From assembly GCA_024679065.1 (NCBI GenBank), contig JAGIQG010000004.1, positions 62,682,001 through 62,746,000 on the forward strand: a stretch of DNA of 64,000 nucleotides, in the 5' to 3' direction. Position numbers and translations under genes: made by a program. This document shows, piece by piece, positions 13,683 to 25,400 of this stretch. How positions within the stretch are numbered: the first letter of the stretch is position 1; each line of letters opens with the position of its first letter. A model generated the notes under the pieces. It was not told the DNA's origin, searched no databases, and saw nothing but the letters and a program-made list of their open reading frames with translations. The stretch comes from Sphyrna mokarran (Eukaryota).

Positions 13683-16258
13683 GCAATAGCATCACACTTC
13701 GTACTGATTGCTTACAACTGAGTTACCACCTGAGTATCAAACCACATTTCTGTGGTGCCACATGTAAAGTTGGTAGTTTTTTTTCCCCTCAAGGACATTG
13801 ATGACAATGGGCTTTTGCGGCAATGTGCAATGGTTTGATCCCGTGGTGGGATTCGAACCTGGGACTCTAAGACATTACGTTCGATCGCTGGAGGTTACTG
13901 ATATAGCAACGATATCATTACGACACTAATACCTCAACATAGAAATGATCCAAATTATTAGGAGGGTGGTGGTTGTGGAGTGTGGGTGGAGGCTGATTGG
14001 GGGGATGGGGGAAGATGGTTAGGTGTCATTGGCTGGACCGAGTATGTAGAAAGACTAATGCCATGCTTAAAAGGATCAGGACGACGAAGGAGCACAATAA
14101 GTGCTCAATTGTGACGCAAAATAAGTAAAGGTGATGTGAAAAAAAAACTTTTTTTGTTACATAACGAACAGTTCGGACCTGGCATACATTTGTTGAAAAC
14201 GTGTTTGATGTCGTTTCAAGCAAGGCACTTAAAAGGGTATTTTATTGTTATTTTAATAGACTCAAGTGTAGGTATCCTGCGAACAGCAAGATCAAAACGT
14301 TCATTTGGAGAAGCGGTGTATACTCCATAGGCATATTGGCCTCCTCCTGTTCAGTAAGAATGCTAAACATACAGGCAACGAACAGTGAAGAAAAAAGTAA
14401 ATTACGATACAAAAGTTAATTATAAATACAAATGAATGAAAGATAACTGTAAGTTTTTAACATTCCCATAAAGGAACCTCGCTGGAAATATGCAGGCACT
14501 TCACAGGCTATTTCCGAAATGGTAAATTATTGTTTTGGTTTGGTTATTGCCGTGGAAACTGTCATGCGAAAGTTGCCGTTTTATTAGGAAATCTAACATG
14601 AAACGATTTTCTTAGAAGCAGCAGAGAAAATCTGTAAGTTCGTAAGATTTAGATAGTATATCGTTCTTTTGTGGATTAGTTATATCCAAGCTTTTTAAAC
14701 TAAGTTAGAGATGAGATAACTTAGTCGTTGTTAAACATGGGATGGAGGAAGAGGATGGAGAGGGGGAATCTAAAGAACAAGTTGGATGCGGGTAGGAAGT
14801 CTGTTCAAATCGATGATAAAGCAAACTTGGAGAACACTTACGACAATTAGACAAATTAGTGTAATATCAGTTGCAAAATAGATTGTGGGGCCATTAATCA
14901 AAAGTACTTAGAGAATAAAGTCCTATTTGAAAACATGAAAAAATAAACCCTGTGTTCTTTAATGTAAGCTCAAGGATATCCAACACGATTGAACATTTTG
15001 AAACAGAGTCGATAAAGGTCCTCCAAAACGCTTTCAATTAACTATTATTTGCAGACAGATGACTAAGTTGAGAACACATATCGCCAGGGAAAGCAGAAGG
15101 AGCAACAAATTAGCTACGAAATACAATATGATGAATTAGGCTTAACAAACTAGATAGTCATTTTGCACGGAGATCCTCGTCAGAACCATTTGCTTAATAT
15201 CCGAATAAATGATGGAATACCAGCGTGAAAAATGCAACTTCAAAACTTATGGAGGAAGTATAGCTTTGAAATTAGTTAATACAGAACAGCGTGGCGAAAG
15301 CATGGAAATTTGCGTGAATAACCACGTACAAACGGCATATCTTTGGTAAATATCTAACATAAATACAGGCCAGTAACACATTTTAGGCCTATAAAAAGCT
15401 TTACAGTTACGAGTCAGAAGGCTGCGTTTGGTTAAAATATTATATCTGTCGACGAAGAAAGGTGAAAAGTGTGCAATTACAGGGAAATTGAAAGAAAGGG
15501 CCTAAATTTCTAAGATTATTTAGACATGATTTCAGATCTATGGGAATATAATAGAATCATCTGCAGAGATTATAAATCATTGAGTATAGCGTGAACGGGT
15601 TTGACCACGACTAAGAAAGAAAATAGAACGTCTGGTAAGATTTTTTTTTTGTAAATTAGCATGGAGTCAGAATTAAGATGTTATATTTTCATGAAACACG
15701 AAAAAGCTTGGGTTTCTGAGTCATGGCTTAATAGATGTTCTCAAGTATTTGACAGAGTGGACACTCATCAACAGATATACAAGAATAATTGCATTTCGCA
15801 GAAAATGGCTGCATAAATTAAAACTAACTTTTGGAGAAGTAAAAAGAAAACGAGAAGAATATGATTAAAATCAGCACAATATTTATGACGTTCACTCATT
15901 CAGTTGGAAGTTAGGCAATTCGGCAAGGGCGAAATGACAAGAAAAAGAATTGATAACACAGAGGACTGACGAAGTGTCGTCGGAGATTGTGGAATATAAT
16001 TACCAATATGACTTACTGGGCCGAAGGACTCGTTCTGTGTTGTAAATATTTAGAATGACCAGTATTGTGACTTATTTTATTTGAAGGGAGTAAATGAATA
16101 CATATTCTGCATTCAAACAAAAATACATGATAACGGAAAAAGAGTATTATCGAACACTATCATATATATGAACCGGAACTATACTAATTTCATACTAATA
16201 ACGCAAGAGTCATTCCACACGGTGAAACTACTATCCGCTTAAGAATCTACCAGCAAAG

Positions 16259-16264
16259 TTTATT
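16259..16264 (-). promoter_or_regulatory. Candidate polyadenylation signal AATAAA (second candidate 16076-16081)
   Basis: tttatt on the plus strand, ~25 nt downstream of the stop codon. Confidence 0.45.
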
Positions 16265-16289
16265 GCTCTGATACGAAATCATTTGTATA

Positions 16290-16451
16290 TTAAGTCCCTG
16301 TCGAAGCATGCCAATTTCTTTCATTCGGTTCTAATTTGATTGCAGCATAATCCGTACAATTCGCCTTCTGCTTCTGTATTCCCCTGTTAGCCGTACCAAT
16401 CGTACTTAGGGCTGCATAAGCCAAATTGCCATTCTCGCTTCTCTCCGGGAT
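16290..16451 (-). CDS. Exon 6: cytoplasmic tail with ITIM (LAYAAL, 16407-16424) and ITSM (TDYAAI, 16338-16355), TAA stop
   Basis: Acceptor tttttttttgtatatatttgtgtacag|ATC, 53 codons to TAA. Two canonical tyrosine motifs, with the Tyr residues 23 aa apart. Confidence 0.9.
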   Translation of the reverse strand: MPERSENGNLAYAALSTIGTANRGIQKQKANCTDYAAIKLEPNERNWHASTGT

Positions 16452-19400
16452 CTGTACACAAATATATACAAAAAAAAATCCAACACTAAATGATACCTTT
16501 TAGATAGATATGTTAAAAAAATACATGGACGTGCAGCCTTGTCTTCAAAATCTGACTTTGGATTTTTGAGTGAAAATGACATTGGAGTACAATTATTTGA
16601 TATCGCCGTACACAATATGCTATAATCAGGGAACTATGAATGATTATTTTCACATTTTGTACGTAAATAAAAATATGTCAAAGTGTTGTGCATCAAGGAA
16701 GAAATTGTCGTTTGGTTTCGCGCCTTCAATTCCAAGTGTATACTAGATGAACATAAGCAAGTTGAGCACGGAAAGGTCAAATAGCCCATGCGTCGATGTG
16801 TGTATTTCAAAATGCATAATCTGAACTACTAATTTAACCTTAATGCATAGTTTTCATCTTCATTCTCGCTTCCAATTAGGTACTTTCAATAAACTATTCG
16901 TATTAGGAGAAAATCCTTGTGTGTTCAAATCGCATTGTTGTGTTATTTCGTCATTCCTGATACACCTTATCCTTCAGAAAACAGGATAAATTTTACCAGG
17001 ATGGAAACGAAAGAGAATGATTAATTTCAACATTTCATTCATCTTCGAGTCAATTTGTTGATTTTGTGCAATCAAATTATGACGTTGTTAGAATCATTTT
17101 TGAATTAACCAATCTCCGTGGAAGTTGTAATTTCAGAGAATGCAATGCTGATGATATTCTGGGTGTATCACTAGCTATTAGTTTGTTGTTCTTTTTCCGT
17201 ACACTCGAGAATCAGACTCTGAGAATCCGTGATGAGGTTGTTTGTTTGCCATTCGTTAATTCTTATGCATTCATTATCCCTACTTCTTCCATCTTTTTTC
17301 ACTTTGCCCATTTCCAACGCATTTGAGGCCGGAATTTCACTTATCACATTTTTGCTCCCGTATGAGGTGAATGTGTTGAATTAGATAACTATTTTGGCCG
17401 AATGAATAATGCAGGGAACCCGAAAAAAAAAGCTATCAAAATAGGAAGGGTTGAAACAATTTCTTTTTTTTATCTCCTCTGGCAAAGATGCCACGAACAA
17501 TCATCTATCTTTTTTTATTATATGCTTGAATGTGGTTCAGTTATTCATAAATAATTCGTAATTTGCATATATATCACTGGAAGAGGTGGCAAATAATTTT
17601 AGAGTTTGGCACCTTTACAACTTTTTATCGTCTCGAAATTATTTCAAAACATGATTCGGCTGTCTTACCACTTCGAATACTGACACTTTTCACTCATACT
17701 TTAACATATTTCGTTGACCTTGTTCGGATTTTCAGGCTCCTGCAAAAAATATGTACCATTTCTACGCTCCGATTGGATTGCACCCATTCAATTTGCATGA
17801 TCATTGCAACAGGCAGATATAGTGTGGAAACATTGAAATTGAGTGACCACACGATGAGGCTGAACTTTATATTTTGCCTAATGACTTGATAAAGTGCAAC
17901 ATTCAGGTATTCTTATTCTTACATTTAACTTTTACTTAAATGATTGCATGATACTGCTCTTAATCACTCCATCGAGATGTATTTGTTATACTCTATTTCT
18001 GTGAAGAAAGACATTTAAACATTTCTCCCAAATTTATTTTTGTGGCTGCGAGTTTTTGGCCTTTTCTTGAGTCTTAACTTCATTTACATGAGTTTAATTG
18101 ATTTTCAACTAGTGTGCCAGGAATGCAGTGTTTCCATGTTTGTTTGTTTGTTTAAATAAACATTACTCTTTTAGAATCTACAGCATGAAAATAAAACCCT
18201 GTTGCAGAAAAAGAACGACACTCAGTCCATTATTAATTTCTTGCGAAAAAGGAAGGAAAATGCTTATTTTAAGTTGGCTTCCCAGCATGATTCCGTAACG
18301 GCAGATTCAGATCCTTGTACCTTTGAAAACATTGTCCATTTCAGCATTAAACGTCATCTCGCACAGTGAATTCCAAGGTGCCAGCACCAACTAGCTGAGA
18401 ACTGTTTCCTTCATGCCCCCTGCAATTCTATAATTATCACCTGAAAGCGTTCCTGAGTAATTGACATATCAGCTAAATCTTTTTTGTCGATGCTATCCTG
18501 CCCTCTCGTAATTTTATACGACTGAACTAAGTAACTGCTTGCTCTCCTTGGTTCTAAGGAAAATAGCTGCAGTTTAAATTTTTTCCTCATTGCATAAATA
18601 TTTATTTCCTAGAGCATTTATTGAAATATACTTTCCATACTCTCTGGGACCATTTCCTCTTGGTGTGTTTTGGAGATTAAAACGCTACCCAAAATTCCAT
18701 CTGAAACGAATCCACTGTTTGGGACTGTTCCAACATATATCCACCATAATTTATTGAATACATGAAAATATTCATTGTTTTTTTTGCCTATTCATCCACA
18801 TGTGCTACCAATTTTAGGGACCTATGAACATACACTCTAAGATCTCATATGTTGGCTCCCCTCCCCACCTCCCCCCCACCCCCCGTCAATATCCTCCCGC
18901 TTATTAAGTATCATAATGTTTTATTTGCCTTCTATTCTTACTCTGGTTGAATTCTATTCACCTATTTTCTGTCAACTTCACTTAACAATGGCTCGATGCT
19001 TCATGAAGGACGACATAGTCAATGTCCATGTAATCTTCAGAATATTCAATCCTGTAGAACATAGAACATTACAGCGCAGTACAGGCCCTTCGGCCCTCGA
19101 TGTTGCACCGGCCAGTGGACCCCCTAACCTAAACTATTCCAATATCATCCATATGCCTATCCACCGAACATTTGAATGTCCCCAAAGTAGGCGACTCCAC
19201 AACTGCTGCAGGCAGGGCATTCCACGCCCTCACCACCCTCTGGTAAAGAACGTGCCTCTGACATCCGTCCTTAATTTAATCCTTAATCCGTCCACCAACC
19301 TCTTAATTTAAAGTTATGTCCCCTCGTGTTGGTCATCACCATCCGAGGAAAAAGGCTCCCACCATCCACCCTATCCAGTCCTCTGATCATCTTATACGCC

Positions 19401-22400
19401 TCAATTAGGTCACCACGTAACCTTCTTCTCTCTAATGAAAATAACCTCAGGTCCCTCAGCCTTTCCTCATAAGGCCTTCCCACCATACCAGGCAACATCC
19501 TGGTAAACCTCCTCTGCACCCTTTCAAATGCTTCCACATCTTTCTTATAATGCGGCGACCAGAACTGTACGCAATACTCCAAGTGCAGCCGCACCAGAGT
19601 TTTGTACAGTTGTAACATAACCTCACGGCTCCTAAATTCAATCCCTCTACCAATAAAAGCTAACAAACCATACGCCTTCTTAACAACTTTATCAACCTGG
19701 GTGCCAACTTTCAAAGAGCTATGTACTTGTACCCCAAGATCCCTCTGCTCGACAACACTATTAAGGGTCCTTCCATTAGCCCTGTATTTCATATGCCTGT
19801 TATTCCTTTCAAAGTGAATCACCTCAGACTTATCCATATTGAATTCCATTTGCCACATCACGGCCCAGCTCTGCAACCTATCTATGTCCCTCTGCAAACT
19901 GTAACATCCATCCTCGCTGTCTACAACTCCCCCCACTTTGGTATCGTTAGCAAATTTACTAATCCAACCCTCTACACCCTCATTTAGGTCATTTATAAAA
20001 ATGACAAACAGCAGTGGCCCCAAAACAGATCCTTGAGGTACACCACTTGTAACTGCACTCCACGTTGAATATTTCCCATCAACGACCACCCTCTGTCTTC
20101 TATCAGCTAGCCAATTCCTAATCCAAACTGCTAAATCACCTTCAATCCCATGCATCTGCACTTTCTGCAGTAGGCTACCATGGGGAACCTTATCAAACGT
20201 TTTGCTAAAATCCATATACACTACATCAACTGTCTTACCCTTATCTATCTCTTTGGTCACCTCCTCAAAAAACTCAATAAGGTTTGTGAGGCACGTCCTA
20301 CCCTTCACAAAACCGTGCTGACTATCCCTAATCAATTTATTTCTCTGTAGATTCTTATAAATCCTATCCCTTATAATTCTTTCCAAGACTTTGCCCACAA
20401 CAAAAGGCAGGCTCACTGGTCTATAATTTCCAGGATGGTCCCTACTCCCCTTTTTGAACAAAGGGACAACATTTGCCATCCTCCAGTCTTCCAGCACTAT
20501 ATCTGTAGCCAACGACGACATGAAGATCAAAGCCAAAGGCTCTGAAATCTCCTCTCTAGCCTCCCAGAGAATCCTAGGGTAAATCCTATCTGGCCCAGGG
20601 GACTTATCAATTTTCATACCCTCAAGATTCGCTAACACCTCCTCCTTATGAACCTCAATCCTGCCCAGTCTACAAACTGGTATCACAGTCTTCTCCCCGA
20701 CAACGTTGTCTTTCTCCTGTGTGAATACTGACGAAAAATATTCATTCAGTGTCTCTCCTATCTCCTCAGGCTCCACGCACAACTTCCCACTGCTTTCTCT
20801 GACTGGCCGTAATCTTGCCCTAATCAACCTTTTATTATTTATATACCTGTAAAAAGCTTTAGGATTCTCCTTAATCCTATCCACCAAAGTCTTTTCGTGT
20901 CCTCTTCTAGCGCTTCTCAACTCCCTCTTTAGCTCCTTCCTGGCTAATTTATAGCTCTCCAGTGCCCTAGCTGAGCCTTCATGTCTCATCATTATATAAG
21001 CCTCCTTTTTCCTCTTCACCAGAGAGTCAACTTCCCCAGCACACCATGGTTCCCTCACTCGACCACTTCCTCCCTGCCTGGCGGGTACATATTTATTATA
21101 TTTCTTTAATTTCCTTAAATTATGTTCCTTAAATATGCTCCACATTTCAGATGTCCCCAGCCCCTGCAATATCCTGCTCCACCCTATGCATCCTAAATCT
21201 CTCCTAATAGCCCCATAATTACCTTTCCCCCAGCTATAACTACTGTTATTCAGTATGCGCCCATCCCTTTCCATCACTAAGGTAAACGTAACCGAATTGT
21301 GATCACTATCACCAAAGTGCTCACCCACCTCCAAGTCTAACACCTGGTCTGGTTCATTGCCCAGTACCAAATCAAATATAGCCTCACCACTTGTTGGCCT
21401 ATCTACATACTGAGTCATGAAACCTTCCTGCACACATTGAACAAAAACTGACCCCTCTAACGTACTTGAACTATAACTTTTCCAATTGATATTAAAAAAG
21501 TTAAAGTCCCCTATTATAACTACCCTGTTACTTTCACACCTATCCAGGATCAACTTTTCAATCCCTTCCTCTACTTCTCTGGAACTTTTTGGAGGCCTAT
21601 AAAAAACTCCCAACAGTGTGACCTCTCCTTTCTTGTTCCTAATCTCAGCCCACACTACCTCAGCAGACAAGTCCACATCAAACGTCTTTTCTGCCACTGT
21701 AATGCTGTCCTTAACTAACAATGCCATTCCTCCCCCTCTTCTACCACCACCACTGCTCTGACTGAAACATCTGAACCCCGGAAACTGCAACAACCATTCC
21801 TGCCCCTGCTCTATCCAGTCCCTGAAATAGCCACAACATCGAAGTCCCAAGCACCAATCTAGGTTGCAAGTTCATCCACCTTATTGCGTATGCTCCTCGC
21901 ATTAAAGTATACACACTTCAAACCACCCTCCCGTTTGCCACTATACTGCTGCGACCTAGAAACCTTATCCGTGACCTCCCTATTCACATCCTCCTGTATA
22001 CTGGCACACAAATTCAGGTTCCCATCCCTCCCCTGAATCAGTTTAAACCCCATCCGAATAGCACTGGCAAATTTACCCCCCAAGATATTGGTACCTCTCC
22101 AGTTCAGGTGCAGACCATCCCTCTTGTAGAGGTCCCACCTTCCCCAGAATGAGCCCCAATTGTCCAAATACCTGAACCCTTCCCGCCTGCACCATCCTTT
22201 TAGCCACGAGTTCAAATGTTCTCTCTCCCTATTCTTTTCTATGCTATCCCGCAGCACAGGTAACAAACCAGAGATAACCACTCCGTTTGTTTTAGCCCTA
22301 AGTTTCCACCCTAACTCTCTGAATTTCTGCTTTATATCCCCATCCCTTTTCCTACCTACGTCATGGGTACCTACATGCACCACAACTTGGGGCTGGTTCC

Positions 22401-25400
22401 CCTCCCCCTTAAGGATCCCGAACACTCGGTCAGAGATAGAACATAGAACATAGAACATAGAACAATACAGCACAGAACAGGCCCTTCGGCCTTCGATGTT
22501 GTGCCGACCAAAATAAAAAAGCAATGCCCCTCCAAACTAAACCATTCCCTTCTCTTCCATATACTTATAAACTAACCTCTTAAACGCCACCAAACTTGGC
22601 GCATCTACAACTGCTGCAGGCAGGGCATTCCACTCCCGAACCACCCTTTGGGTAAAGAAACTACCTCTGATATCCATCCTATAACTATCACCCCTTAATT
22701 TAAAGCTGTGTCCCCTCGTGCTAGCTTTCTCCATCCTAGGAAAAAGGCTATCACTGTCCACCCGATCTAAACGTCTAATCATCTTTTATGTTTCGATCAG
22801 ATCCCCTCTTAGCCGCCTCCTTTCTAATGAAAACAACCTCAAATCCCTCAGCCTCTCTTCATAAGGCCTGCCATCCATACCAGGCAACATCCTGGTAAAC
22901 CTCCTATGTACCCTGTACAATGTCTCCACATCTTTCTTATAATGTGGGGACCAGAACGGCACACAATACTCCAAGTGCGGCCACACTAGAGTTTTGTACA
23001 ATTGCAACATGATGTTACAGCTCCGAAATTCAAACCCCCTACCAATAAAAGCTAAGACTCCATATGCCTTCTTAACAACCTTATCGACTTGACTGCCTAC
23101 TTTCAGGGATCTATGCACAAATACACCAAGATCCCTCGGTTCATCAACACTATTAAGAATCCTACCATTAGCCCTATACTCTACACATTTATTATTCCTG
23201 CCATAGTGCATTACCTCACACTTTTCCACATTAAACTCCATTTGCCACCTCTCGGCCCAGCTCTGCAACTTGGCCAAGTCCCTCTGCAAACTATAACACC
23301 CCTCTTCACTATCTACCACTCCACCGACTTTCGTGTCATCTGCAAATTTACTAATCCATCCTTCAATACCCTCATCCAGATCATTTATAAAAATTACAAA
23401 CAGCAGGGGCCCCAAAAACAGATCCCTGAGGTACACCACTAGTAACCGAACTCCACGATGAATATCTCCCATCAACCACCACCCTCTGTCTTCTATCTGC
23501 TAGCCAATTCCGAATCCAATTAGCTAAATCACCCTCTATCCCATACATCTGCATTTTCTGCAGAAGCCTTCCATGGGACACCTTATCGAACGCCTTACTA
23601 AAGTCCATATGTACCACATCAACCGCCTTACCCCCATCCACCTCTTTGGTCACTTTTTCAAAAAACTCAATAAGGTTAGTAAGGCATGACCTACCCTTCA
23701 CCAAACCATGCTGACTATCCCCAATCAATTCATTTCTCTCTAAATAACTATAAATCCTATCCCTAATACTTCTCTCCAATACTTTGCCCACAACAGAAGT
23801 AATACTCACTGGCCTATAATTCCTTGGAAGATCTCTCTTCCCCTTCTTGAACAATGGGACCACATTTGCTATCCTCCAGTCCTCCGGAACCACACCCGTA
23901 ACCAATGACGACCTGAAGATCAGAGCCAGAGGCTCTGCAATCGCCTCTCTTGCCTCCCAGAGAATCCTAGGATAAATCCCGTCTGGCCCAGGGGACTTAT
24001 CCAACTTCAAACCCTCAAGAATATCTAGCACATCCTCCCTATCTACTTCAATACTTTCCAGTTTGCAACCCTGTACCTCAGTGTTCTCCATAAGTACATT
24101 TACATCACCCTGCGTGAATACCAAAGAGAAATATTTATTCAGTGCCTTTCCAATCTCTTCAGGCTCCACGCACAACTTCCCACCGCTGTCTGTGACTGGC
24201 CCTAATTTTGTCCTAACCAATCTTCTATTCTTAACATATCTAAAAAAAGGATTAAGGAGAATCCTAAAGCTTTCTTTCGATATGTTAAGAATAGAAGATT
24301 GGTTAGGGCAAGATTAGGGCCAGTCATAGACAGCAGTGGGAAGTTGTGCGTGGAGCTGAAGAGATTGGTGAGGCACTGAATAAATATTTCTCTTCGGTAT
24401 TCACGCAGAGTGCTGGAAATGTAGCTATGGAGATCACTGAGGTACAGGGTTGCAAATTGGGGAGTATTGTAGTAGATAGGGAGGATGTGTTAGAAATTCT
24501 CGAGGGTTTGAAGTTGGATAAGTCCCCTGGGCCGGACGGGATTTACCCTAGGATTCTCTGGGAGGCAACAGAGGAGATTGCAGAGCCTCTGGCTCTGATC
24601 TTCAGGTCCTCGTTGGTTACGGGTGTGGTTCCGGAGGACTGGAGGATAGCGAATGTGGTCCCATTGTTTAAGAAGGGGAAGAGAGACCTTCCAGGGAATT
24701 ATAGGCCAGTGAGTCTTACTTCTGTTGTGGGCAAAGTATTGGAGAGAATTATTAGGGATAGGATTTATAGTTATTTAGAGAGAAATGAATTGATTGGGGA
24801 TAGTCAGCATGGTTTCGTGAAGGGTAGGTCATGCCTTACTAACCTCATTGAGTTTTTTGAGAAAGTGACCAGAGACGTGGATGGGGGTAAGGCGGTTGAT
24901 GTAGTATATATGGACTTTAGTAAGGCGTTTGATAAGGTGGCCCATGGAAGACTTCTACAGAAAATGCAGATGTGTGGAATAGAGGGTGATTTAGCTAATT
25001 GGATTAGGAATTGGCTGGCAGATAGAAGACAGAGGGTGGTGGTTGATGGGAGATATTCATCGTGGAGTTCGGTGACGAGTGGTGTGCCTCAGGGGTCTGT
25101 TTTGGGGCCCCTGCTGTTTGTAATTTTTATAAATGATCTGGATGAGGGTATTGAGGGATGGATCAGTAAATTTGCAGATGACACTAAAGTCGGTGGAGTG
25201 GTAGATAGTGAAGAGGGGTGTTATAGTTTACAGAGTGACTTGGACAAGTTGCAGAGCTGGGCCGAGAGGTGGCAAATGGAGTTTAATGTGGAAAAGTGTG
25301 AGGTAATGCACTTTGGCAGGAACAATAAATGTGTAGAGTATAGGGCTAATGGTAGGGCTCTTAATAGTGTTGAGGAACAGAAGGATCTTGGAGTATGTGT

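Noticed and set aside
17719-17739. Possible 21-nt phase-0 microexon EPENPNK in the last intron
   Set aside because: Good acceptor but weak donor (gtcaac); not needed for frame and cannot be supported without transcripts.
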